The notes under the pieces were generated by a model. The model was given only the letters and a program-made list of their open reading frames with translations. It searched no databases and was not told the origin of the DNA. This document shows, piece after piece, positions 43,727 through 52,092 of a stretch of 64,000 bases of DNA. Source of the stretch: Candidatus Multivoradales bacterium (GTDB lineage: Bacteria > Acidobacteriota > Thermoanaerobaculia > Multivoradales > Multivoraceae); assembly GCA_965223325.1 (NCBI GenBank), contig CBDCWI010000002.1:2624001-2688000 (forward strand), read 5' to 3'. Position 1 is the first letter of the stretch. Every line of letters begins with the position of its first letter. The translations under genes and the position numbers were made by a program.

Positions 43727-46700
43727 TCAGGCAGGAAGGTCGACGGCGCTCGGGGTGTCGTCACCGAAGAGATCGAAGTCACCGGCGAGTACCCGCTCGA
43801 GGTGGCCGGTCTTCCAGCCTCGCGACGCATCACGCACGAGCGGCGATGGCTCGCGCCGATAGCGGCGAGCGATCCCCACCTCGTCGCCTTTCCGCTCCAG
43901 GAGCTCGACCGCCGTAGCCGGCGTACCCAGGCCGTTGGCCGCCGGCTGGGCGGCGACCCGCACGCGCGCCCGAACGCGCTTTGTGCCCCGCCCCTCGGTC
44001 GGTACCTCGAGTACGTGGACGCCGTTCTCGCTCTCGAGCAGGCTCCAGGCTCCGAAGCCCACGATCGAAAGCACGGTCCTCGGGCCCCGATCGACGACCT
44101 CGCTGCGCATGCTGCGACGCTCAGCCCAAGCGCTGTACATCGAAACTAGATCTCCGGCCCAGGATCGCGTTTCGGCACCGGCGTCGGGCGGGACCTCGAC
44201 GGCCAGGTAGGCATCCCACGGCACGCCGGCATCGAGGTCACGTAGTCCGACCTCGATGAGACGCACCTTTTGAGCGAGACGTCCCACCAGATTGCTCGGC
44301 GGGTCGCCCTGGTGTTGTGCCAGCCGCTGGCCCAACGACTCGACGGTGCGGGTGGCGGCGCGCAGCCGGTCAATGGACTCAACGAGAGTCAGAACATCGA
44401 AGCGATCGTCGCGACTCCAGAAATCCGAACGTGCCATCTGCGACATCGCGTCTTGTTTGCGTTCCTGCCACCGCGGTGAATCGAGAGTCTCGGCAAGCTG
44501 CGCCACGCGCCGGGTAAGTTCGGCGCGCTCGACCTCGTCGCCGCGCGGCGAGAGCGCCATCTGAGTGAGTACGGGTGGCGCGCCGCCCGATCGTTCGGCC
44601 TGCTCCCGGGCCTCGACTTCAGAGGGACTTGACGCATCGGGGTCGACGAACTCGACCGCCAGCCTGTCGCCCGCCGCCCGGATGAAGAGAAACTGGTCGC
44701 CTTCGGGGACCTGCGCGTCAACGATGGAACGCGCCAGGGGCGCTAGCAGGTGTTCTTCGACGGCTCGCTTGAGCGGCCGCGCACCAAGATCGGGTGTAAA
44801 ACCCTGGTCGAGGAGAAACTCGATCGCCGAGCTGTCCCACTCCACCGCCCACTGCCGGCGACGCAGCCCTCGACGCTCGAACACGTCGCGCAACTCGAAC
44901 TCGAGCAACCTTCGCATGACGTCTCTCGAGAGCGGGCGAAAGATCACCGTGCGGTCGATGCGATTCCGAAACTCGGGCCGAAAGACGCGCGCCAGCTCGC
45001 GCTCGACCGAGGCAGCGTGAAACGCGGAACCATCACCCGCGAAACCGATCGAGTGACCAACCGGCACCGCGGCACCCAGGTTCGAAGTCAGAATGATCAG
45101 CGTGTTCCTAAAATCGGTCAGCACGCCGCGATGATCGGTCAAGCGACCGTCGTCGAAGACTTGCAGAAACAGATCCCAGACCTGTGGCGCCGCCTTCTCG
45201 AACTCGTCGAGCAGCACGATCGAGAAGGGCTGCTTGCGCACCTGGTCGCAGAGTGAGCCCCCGAGCTCGCTCGTGGTGCCGTCCCCCAGAATACGATCGA
45301 GCGACTCCGAGTGTTGAAACTCACTCATGTCAAGCCGCACCAGGCGCTGGTCGGAACCGAACAGATAGCGTGACAGCGTCTTGGCGACCTCGGTCTTGCC
45401 GGTGCCGGTTGGACCGGCGAACAAGAAGACCCCCAGTGGTCGTGTGGGATCACAAACGCCAGCTTTGATCATCGCGACCCGCTCGACCAGACAGTCGATC
45501 GCCTCCGGCTGTCCGAGCACCGAGTTCTCGAAGCGCTCGCGCAGCGTGGACATCTCGAGGGTCTGCCGGTCGTCGAGAATGCGGGCCGGCAAGCCGGTGT
45601 GTTGAGCGAGCGTCTCGATCAGGTCATCCGTGGTGAGTTGGCGCTCCGGACGAGAAACAGCGGCCGCCTGACCCTGTCGCTCCCCTCCTCGGGCGCTGAT
45701 GCGATCAAAGGTGGTGCCCAGAAAGCGCAGGAGCGAACCGGGGGCGGCACGATCGGCGAGGAACTGGCGCGCGAGTTCGGCCGCTTCGGACAGAAAGTCA
45801 TCGCCTGGCGCTCTGATGTCACTGTCGGCCAGCCGCCGGCGCGCGACTTCCCTGGCGAGTGCGAGGGTCTCGCCGTCGCTCATCGGCTGAATCTCGCTGC
45901 GCTCGAAAGCCTGGCGCACTCGTGGGCGCGCTTCGCGCAGTCGACTCCAGGGCGCCGGCAGAGCTTCGGTCAGAACGACGATCCGCTGGCGCTCGATGTG
46001 CGGCAAGAGCATGCTGAGAGCATCGTTCTCGCTCTGCGAGTGCCTGCCGGTGAAGCGCAGGGCGGGAAGGTCTGGGATGTACCAGACGATCTTCGAACCA
46101 CCGAGCTGGCGCAGCAGGACCTGGAGCCGCTGCTCGAGCTGCCCCACGTAGACCTGGCCGGCAATCAACTCCGTGTGACCGGCCTCGAAGACCACCCAGC
46201 CGTCGTCGGTCAGGCGCCGGGTCACGCTGTCGACAACCGCCGTTTTGCCGACCCCGCTCTCGCCCACCAGCACCACCGATCGCCGCGTGAGAAGGGTCGC
46301 CAGCACCTGATCGCAGCGCGCATCGTGCATGGGGTGACCGATGGGCAAGGCGGCATCATCGATGCGCCGAATGCTCCCGATGTCGCGCAGAACCGCAAGA
46401 TCGAAGCGTGAATCGCGCCACCGATCGAACGACTCCCGCAGAGGCATCGAGAGTTTCGCCGGCAGACGCCGGAGAACCGCCTCGACTTCCTCCTCGCGCG
46501 TTGGGTCTTCGATCTTGAAGTCCGTGACCTCTAGCGGCTCGCCGCGGCTCGAACGCAGCGCGAGAAACTCTTCTAGAAAGCGTTGCTTGTGGCGATTCCA
46601 GGCGAAGCTGTCGTCGAGCCCCGAAATGACGGCCGCAATTGTCTTGCCCTCGTCGCCGGCCAGCTGATCGATCGCCCGCAGAGCGAACCATGACGCCCAC

Positions 46701-47176
46701 GGCTGGTTGTCACCTAGCCCCTCGGCGATCTTCGAGACCCAAGTGGCGTCGGCCCGACGCTCGAGCGCCTCGAGAGCAGTACACGACACCACCCAGTTGC
46801 CGCCCCGCGCGTACTCCACGAGGTCAGCGAGTGGTACAGCCTCATCGAGCAGGACTTCCACTGCCGCCGAGAAGTCAGCGTGGGCGGCAAGAGCGCTTGG
46901 CGATGCGGTGCTGGCGGCGAAGCCCTCGAGCCCTTTTGCAGCCCGATGCAGGCGGGCAGACACCGATTGGTCGAGGGACTTCTCGTTCTTCGCCGTGCTC
47001 TCGCCGGCAGCTGTACGCTTCGCATCGGCACCCTGCGCCGCGAGTCCTCGACCCCTTTCAACCCGCGATGCGTCGTTCAGCTTCGCCGTCGCCGCCCCGG
47101 CGCGCAGTCCAGCGACAAACCGCCAGGCTACGAAAACTGCCAGGGCAGCGAAGACAACGATGATCGCGCTTTCCAT
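43727..47176 (-). CDS. Membrane-anchored ClpA/B-like AAA+ ATPase fused to a release-factor-like (PCRF) module
   Basis: N-terminal TM; GESGVGKT; GPTGTGKTE, RLDMSEF, LLDEFEKA, FRPEFRNRID, GARPLKR; RF2-like tail DFW, W...L..MY..WAERR, ESENGVH, VLAGDFDLF. Confidence 0.88.
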   Translation of the reverse strand: MESAIIVVFAALAVFVAWRFVAGLRAGAATAKLNDASRVERGRGLAAQGADAKRTAAGESTAKNEKSLDQSVSARLHRAAKGLEGFAASTASPSALAAHADFSAAVEVLLDEAVPLADLVEYARGGNWVVSCTALEALERRADATWVSKIAEGLGDNQPWASWFALRAIDQLAGDEGKTIAAVISGLDDSFAWNRHKQRFLEEFLALRSSRGEPLEVTDFKIEDPTREEEVEAVLRRLPAKLSMPLRESFDRWRDSRFDLAVLRDIGSIRRIDDAALPIGHPMHDARCDQVLATLLTRRSVVLVGESGVGKTAVVDSVTRRLTDDGWVVFEAGHTELIAGQVYVGQLEQRLQVLLRQLGGSKIVWYIPDLPALRFTGRHSQSENDALSMLLPHIERQRIVVLTEALPAPWSRLREARPRVRQAFERSEIQPMSDGETLALAREVARRRLADSDIRAPGDDFLSEAAELARQFLADRAAPGSLLRFLGTTFDRISARGGERQGQAAAVSRPERQLTTDDLIETLAQHTGLPARILDDRQTLEMSTLRERFENSVLGQPEAIDCLVERVAMIKAGVCDPTRPLGVFLFAGPTGTGKTEVAKTLSRYLFGSDQRLVRLDMSEFQHSESLDRILGDGTTSELGGSLCDQVRKQPFSIVLLDEFEKAAPQVWDLFLQVFDDGRLTDHRGVLTDFRNTLIILTSNLGAAVPVGHSIGFAGDGSAFHAASVERELARVFRPEFRNRIDRTVIFRPLSRDVMRRLLEFELRDVFERRGLRRRQWAVEWDSSAIEFLLDQGFTPDLGARPLKRAVEEHLLAPLARSIVDAQVPEGDQFLFIRAAGDRLAVEFVDPDASSPSEVEAREQAERSGGAPPVLTQMALSPRGDEVERAELTRRVAQLAETLDSPRWQERKQDAMSQMARSDFWSRDDRFDVLTLVESIDRLRAATRTVESLGQRLAQHQGDPPSNLVGRLAQKVRLIEVGLRDLDAGVPWDAYLAVEVPPDAGAETRSWAGDLVSMYSAWAERRSMRSEVVDRGPRTVLSIVGFGAWSLLESENGVHVLEVPTEGRGTKRVRARVRVAAQPAANGLGTPATAVELLERKGDEVGIARRYRREPSPLVRDASRGWKTGHLERVLAGDFDLFGDDTPSAVDLPA

Positions 47177-47209
47177 CTAGGCGATCCTACCGGTGAGAAA
47201 AGCCATCAC

Positions 47210-48904
47210 GTGAACCCCAACGACGATCAACCGACGCCGAAGCGCCCAAGCGCCTGGCAAGCCGTCGCCGTCACGGCCTGGGCGCTGGTGACCGCCGTCC
47301 TGATGCGGCTCGGTGGCCCTCTCGGTGAACCAGCGGTTTTGTGGCCAAGCCTGGCTGCGGTCCTCTTGGCGTTCATGACGCGCGAGATCTACTCGTCGCT
47401 CTTTCTCGGTGCGCTCGCCGGCAGCTTCTTGTTGCGCGGCACAACCGGTGCTGGCTTTTTGGAGTCGGTCGTCCTCGGATGGATCGATCTGTTCTCGGTG
47501 CACATGCTGGGTTCGTTGACCAGCCGCTGGAACATCGCCATCCTGGCCTTTACCTTGATCATGGGTGGCCTGGTCGAGGTCCTGCATCAGAACGGCAGCA
47601 TGCAGGCACTCGCCGACCGCATGTTGCGTTCCGATCGATCGCGTCGGCGGGCAGGTCTGGGTACCTTCGGGATGGGATTCCTGGTGTTCTTCGATGGCCT
47701 TGCCAACAGCATGTTGGTTGGCAAGACGATGCGGGCGACCGCTGACCGAGCCGGCATGTCGCGCGAGAAGCTCGCCTTCATTGTCGACTCGACCTCGTCT
47801 CCGATCGCCTCGGTGGCGCTGATCTCGACCTGGATCGTCACCGAGATGTCTCTCATTCGCGAGGGTCTCGATCACCTGAGCGTCGCGATGGTTGCCGGCG
47901 CTTCGCCCTACGGGCTGCTGCTCGCCAGCCTTCCGTTTCGGTTCTACGCGTACTTTCTCCTCATGATGGTCTTCCTCTCCATTTGGCTGCAGCGCGACAT
48001 CGGGCCCATGATTGACGCCGAGAAGGCCGGTCGAACGGCGCCCGCTGCGCGCGACGATCACCCGCCAAAGGCTCAGCACTCCGGACGTATCTGGCTGGCG
48101 GTCCTACCGCTGGCAGTTCTCATCTCGTCGGTTTTCGGTGGCCTGTTCATTGAAGGCGGCGGGCTGGCCGAGCCGCGGACCTGGACCGGTGTCACCACCG
48201 CCTTTGGCCGCGCGCAAGCTGACCTGGTGTTCGTCTGCGCCTCTGCCACCTCGGTTCTCGTCGCCATCTCGCTCACCTGGCTGGCGGACCGCACTGGAAG
48301 CCCTGGCAGCACCGGGGCGCCACAATCGGCATCAGGCTTGCGCGCCTTTCTTGACGGTATGCAGCAGATGTTCCTCCCCGCCCTGATCCTGGTCTTCGCC
48401 TGGACGCTCAACGCCGTCATCAAAGAACTCGGAACCGCGACCTACCTGGTCCAGGCACTCGACGACCAGTTTCCGGCGCTCCTCTTTCCTGCCGCGGTGT
48501 TTTTGCTCTCGGCGCTGGTTTCGTTCTCGACCGGAACCAGTTGGGGCACGATGGCGATCATCGTACCGCTCGTTGTGCCGCTTGGCGCCGGACTGGCGGG
48601 CACCACCGCCGGACCGCTTCTGCCGGCGGCGATAGGTGCAGTGCTCGCGGGTGCGGTCTTCGGTGATCACTGCTCTCCCATTTCCGACACCACCATCGTT
48701 TCGGCCTTCGCCTCTGACTGCGACCCGATGGACCACGTACGCACCCAGATCCCGTACGCCCTGGTGGTCGCAGGCGTTGCGGTTGGCCTGGGCTACCTGC
48801 CGGCGGCAGCGGGGATTCCGACCTGGTTTCTCCTTCCCCTGGGCGGTCTGGCCTGCTGGATTCTCCTGCGTTTCGCCGGCACGCCGGCAACTACTGGGGC
48901 CTGA
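47210..48904 (+). CDS. Na+/H+ antiporter NhaC family transporter
   Basis: FFDGLAN, SREKLAFIVDST, FSTGTSWGTMAI, GAVFGDHCSPISDTTI, DHVRTQIPYA; start uncertain. Confidence 0.9.
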   Translation: MNPNDDQPTPKRPSAWQAVAVTAWALVTAVLMRLGGPLGEPAVLWPSLAAVLLAFMTREIYSSLFLGALAGSFLLRGTTGAGFLESVVLGWIDLFSVHMLGSLTSRWNIAILAFTLIMGGLVEVLHQNGSMQALADRMLRSDRSRRRAGLGTFGMGFLVFFDGLANSMLVGKTMRATADRAGMSREKLAFIVDSTSSPIASVALISTWIVTEMSLIREGLDHLSVAMVAGASPYGLLLASLPFRFYAYFLLMMVFLSIWLQRDIGPMIDAEKAGRTAPAARDDHPPKAQHSGRIWLAVLPLAVLISSVFGGLFIEGGGLAEPRTWTGVTTAFGRAQADLVFVCASATSVLVAISLTWLADRTGSPGSTGAPQSASGLRAFLDGMQQMFLPALILVFAWTLNAVIKELGTATYLVQALDDQFPALLFPAAVFLLSALVSFSTGTSWGTMAIIVPLVVPLGAGLAGTTAGPLLPAAIGAVLAGAVFGDHCSPISDTTIVSAFASDCDPMDHVRTQIPYALVVAGVAVGLGYLPAAAGIPTWFLLPLGGLACWILLRFAGTPATTGA

Positions 48905-49343
48905 CAACCAGGATCGCACCCACCAGAAGAAGCGCCGCGCCCACCACCCGCAGCGTGCTGATCGGCTGCACCGGTGAGGCAAGCCAGCCGAAGTGAGAGA
49001 TCACCATCCGGACCACCAGCTGAGAAGCCACGAAAATGGCGAACAGGTTGGCCGCACCGAGCCGCGGAATCAGGAAAGTGCTGGCGCCGACCACCAACAC
49101 GCTGATGAGCCCGGCCACGAAGTACCACGGCGGCACTTCGGTGAGTGCCGCGAATGAAGACCGCTGGCGAGTGGCGAGCACCAGTCCCGAAATCAGCAGA
49201 AATGCGATGCCGTAGAAGGTGAACGTCGCAACGAGGGTGGAGTTGATTCGGGCACCGAGGGCACCATTGATCGGAATATGCATGCCTCCGAGCGTTCCGG
49301 CAGCAACCGCCAGAAAGACGTAGAGAACTGTCGTCTTCTCCAT
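48891..49343 (-). CDS. DMT family transporter (YdcZ/DUF606-like)
   Basis: INGALG, VPPWY..G, IPRLGAA, Q.....ISHFGW. Confidence 0.85.
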   Translation of the reverse strand: MEKTTVLYVFLAVAAGTLGGMHIPINGALGARINSTLVATFTFYGIAFLLISGLVLATRQRSSFAALTEVPPWYFVAGLISVLVVGASTFLIPRLGAANLFAIFVASQLVVRMVISHFGWLASPVQPISTLRVVGAALLLVGAILVVRPQ

Positions 49344-49348
49344 ACCCC

Positions 49349-49780
49349 TTACTCCTCGAGAGCGCCCGGCCGAGTACCCCAGGCGGTCATTCCCATCGCC
49401 ACGAACACCGCAAGCACCGCTGCCATAAACAGCAGGAAGACAAACCAGTTCGCCCCGCTGCCACCCGGGGCGAGCCCACGCTCTCCAGAGAGCGCACCGA
49501 CGATCGAAGCGATGACGTTGCCGTAGCCCGCCAACACGAGACTGCCAACCAGCCAGCCCGCGGCTCGGTCGCTGAGCTTCAGGAGACCGCCGCAGCCGGC
49601 GACCGCGAGCATCAAGAGCCCATTGAGGAGACCTTCGAGATGAGCCATGCGCCAGGCGCGAGCGGCGTCGGAGGTGCTGCCTGAGGTGATCACCTCGGCC
49701 CAGGGAAAACCGGCGAATAGTCCGAAGGTCACGACGACCACCGCGTGGAAGGCCAGCCGTCTTCGTCTCGCTACGTTCAT
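49349..49780 (-). CDS. Small membrane protein, StyC (styrene oxide isomerase)-like
   Basis: About four TM segments; AWRMAHLEGLLNG motif. Confidence 0.55.
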   Translation of the reverse strand: MNVARRRRLAFHAVVVVTFGLFAGFPWAEVITSGSTSDAARAWRMAHLEGLLNGLLMLAVAGCGGLLKLSDRAAGWLVGSLVLAGYGNVIASIVGALSGERGLAPGGSGANWFVFLLFMAAVLAVFVAMGMTAWGTRPGALEE

Positions 49781-50643
49781 TGTTCTGCTCCTGGTTGCCT
49801 TCCCTGGTCCACCATTCGCTCGAGCGTGAGCGAAGCGAGGAACCCGGCAAGGGTGCGAGTCACCGCATCCGGCGCCTCAGCCATCATCATGTGCCCGGCT
49901 CCAGGAAGGACCTCGAACCGAGCCCCGACGATCGCTTCCGCCAGGCTCTGCCCGGCACGCGGCGGTGTCATGCGATCTGCGGCCGCGGAGATCACCATCG
50001 TGGGGCATCGGATTTCGCCGGCCACGACGCCACCCGCCCAATCGTTGCAGGCGTTGAAGTCACGGTGCAGTACTTCGGGCGCCGCGCGCTCGAGCAAAGC
50101 GATCGTGGCACCGATGTTCCAGAGACCTGGATTCTCCGCTCCACCGAAGTGAGCGTTTCGTCCGTGTCCGAACGCGGTGATGAAACGATGCGCGCGTTCT
50201 GGGCGCGCCAAGGTGTCGTCGAGCAGACGCTGGTTGACGGGCGTGCTTTCCCCGGCTCCCAGAAGCGCCAGGCCAACCAGTGCCTCGGGCCGTGCAGCCG
50301 CAAAGTTGACCGCCACGCACGAGCCCATTGAGTGCCCGGCTACAACCACCGGCTGCTCAGCGGTCTGGGCGATCTCGCCGATGAACCCTGCCAACCAGGA
50401 GGCGTAGGCCTCGATCGACTCGAGCTTCGGGTCATCCTCTGTGCGACCGTGGCCCGGCAGATCGACGGCCGCCGTGTTCCACCCCTGGCGACCGAAGGAG
50501 CGAGCCTGAAGCGACCAGACCGTGTGGTCCTGGCCGGCGCCGTGGACGAACACCAGGAGTGGCTGGCCGACACGCCACGCGGTCCCGCCGGTTCCATACC
50601 AGGCCCTTCGACCGTTGACCTGGACCCCGGCATCACTCTTCAC
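49777..50643 (-). CDS. Alpha/beta hydrolase
   Basis: FVHGAG, DLPGHG, GHSMG, D.MTP, GH..M.E.P. Confidence 0.92.
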   Translation of the reverse strand: MKSDAGVQVNGRRAWYGTGGTAWRVGQPLLVFVHGAGQDHTVWSLQARSFGRQGWNTAAVDLPGHGRTEDDPKLESIEAYASWLAGFIGEIAQTAEQPVVVAGHSMGSCVAVNFAAARPEALVGLALLGAGESTPVNQRLLDDTLARPERAHRFITAFGHGRNAHFGGAENPGLWNIGATIALLERAAPEVLHRDFNACNDWAGGVVAGEIRCPTMVISAAADRMTPPRAGQSLAEAIVGARFEVLPGAGHMMMAEAPDAVTRTLAGFLASLTLERMVDQGRQPGAEQ

Positions 50644-51961
50644 TCCCGCTTTCCGCGCCCTCGGGGACTTTGCCCGCCGTGGGCAAAGCGCGCCCGAGAT
50701 CGGAGATCAAATCGGCTGGGTCTTCGAGGCCAACAGACAACCGAATCATGTCGGCACCGACTCCTGCAGCGTCGAGTTCGGAATCGGTCATCTGTTGGTG
50801 GGTGGTGCTGGCGGGGTGAATCACCAGGCTCTTGGCGTCCCCGACATTTGCCAGATGACTGAAGAGCTCGAGTGCTTCGATGAAGGCACGGCCGGCGGCG
50901 CGGCCCCCGCGGACTCCAAACGTCATCAGCGCGCCGCAGCCATCGGGCATGAGCTCCTGGGCCAGGGCGTTCTGCGGATGGTCAGCGAGCCCCGGATAGG
51001 AAATCCAGGACACTCCATCGTGGCCAGCCAAAAACTCGGCAACCGCGACGGCGTTGTCGGTATGACGCCGCATCCGAAGCGGCAGGGTTTCGAGCCCCTG
51101 CAGCAGATAGAACGCCGACTGAGGGTGCAGACAGGCGCCAAAGTCACGCAGCGCTTCGAGTCGCGCCTTCATCACGAACGCCGTCGGCCCGAACTGATCC
51201 GCAAACGCCACGCCGTGGTAGCCCGGGCTGGGCTCGGTCATCACCTTGAAGCGCCCGGAAGCCGCCCAGTCGAAACCTCCGCCGTCGACCACGACGCCTC
51301 CGAGGGTGACCCCGTGCCCACCGATGAACTTGGTCGCCGAATGAAAGACGAGATCTGCGCCGTGCTCGATCGGCCGACAGAGGGCCGGCGTGGCGAAGGT
51401 GTTGTCGATCACCAGAGGCACCCCGTTCTGGTGCGCAATATCGGCCACCGCCGGCATATCGAGGACGTCCATGCGGGGGTTGCCGATCGTCTCCGCGATG
51501 ACCAGCCGAGTGCGCTCGCTCATCGCGGCGCGAAAGTTCTCGGCCGGCTGCGGGTCTACGAAGGTTGTGGTGATCCCGAACCGTCGCATGGTGTGCTCGA
51601 GCAGGTTGAACGAACCGCCATAGACCGAGCGACTCGCTACCACTTCATCACCGGCCTCGAGCAGCGTACCCACGATGAGATGGAGCGCCGCCATACCCGA
51701 CGCAGTCGCCACCGCACCAACTCCACCTTCGAGCGCCGCTACCCGTTCCTCGAGAACGGCGACCGTCAGGTTGGAGATGCGCGAGTAGATATGCCCGACC
51801 TGCTGCAGGTCAAAGAGACCCGCCGCCTGATCGCAGTCTTCGAAAACAAACGACGTTGAGTTGTAGACCGGCACGGCGCGCGCACCGGTGGCTTCGTCGG
51901 GACGCTGGCCGGCGTGCAGGGTGAGGGTGTCGAAGCGGTAGAACCAGTCATCACCACTCAT
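50633..51961 (-). CDS. metY: O-acetylhomoserine sulfhydrylase-like PLP enzyme
   Basis: YSRISN, ASGMAA, IDNTFATP, HSATKFIGGHG, HLANVGDAKSLVIHPASTTHQQ, RLSVGLE. Confidence 0.85.
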   Translation of the reverse strand: MSGDDWFYRFDTLTLHAGQRPDEATGARAVPVYNSTSFVFEDCDQAAGLFDLQQVGHIYSRISNLTVAVLEERVAALEGGVGAVATASGMAALHLIVGTLLEAGDEVVASRSVYGGSFNLLEHTMRRFGITTTFVDPQPAENFRAAMSERTRLVIAETIGNPRMDVLDMPAVADIAHQNGVPLVIDNTFATPALCRPIEHGADLVFHSATKFIGGHGVTLGGVVVDGGGFDWAASGRFKVMTEPSPGYHGVAFADQFGPTAFVMKARLEALRDFGACLHPQSAFYLLQGLETLPLRMRRHTDNAVAVAEFLAGHDGVSWISYPGLADHPQNALAQELMPDGCGALMTFGVRGGRAAGRAFIEALELFSHLANVGDAKSLVIHPASTTHQQMTDSELDAAGVGADMIRLSVGLEDPADLISDLGRALPTAGKVPEGAESGSEE

Positions 51962-52092
51962 GAGTGCGCAACCTCCGCGAGCGCGGAGACGCTCGATACG
52001 GTTTGAGAGAACGGGTCTCGGAACGAACGGCGATCATACGCCGCTGCCTGGGCGCACCGTTTCTCTGGCCCTAGTTCCCCTCGGACGGCCAC

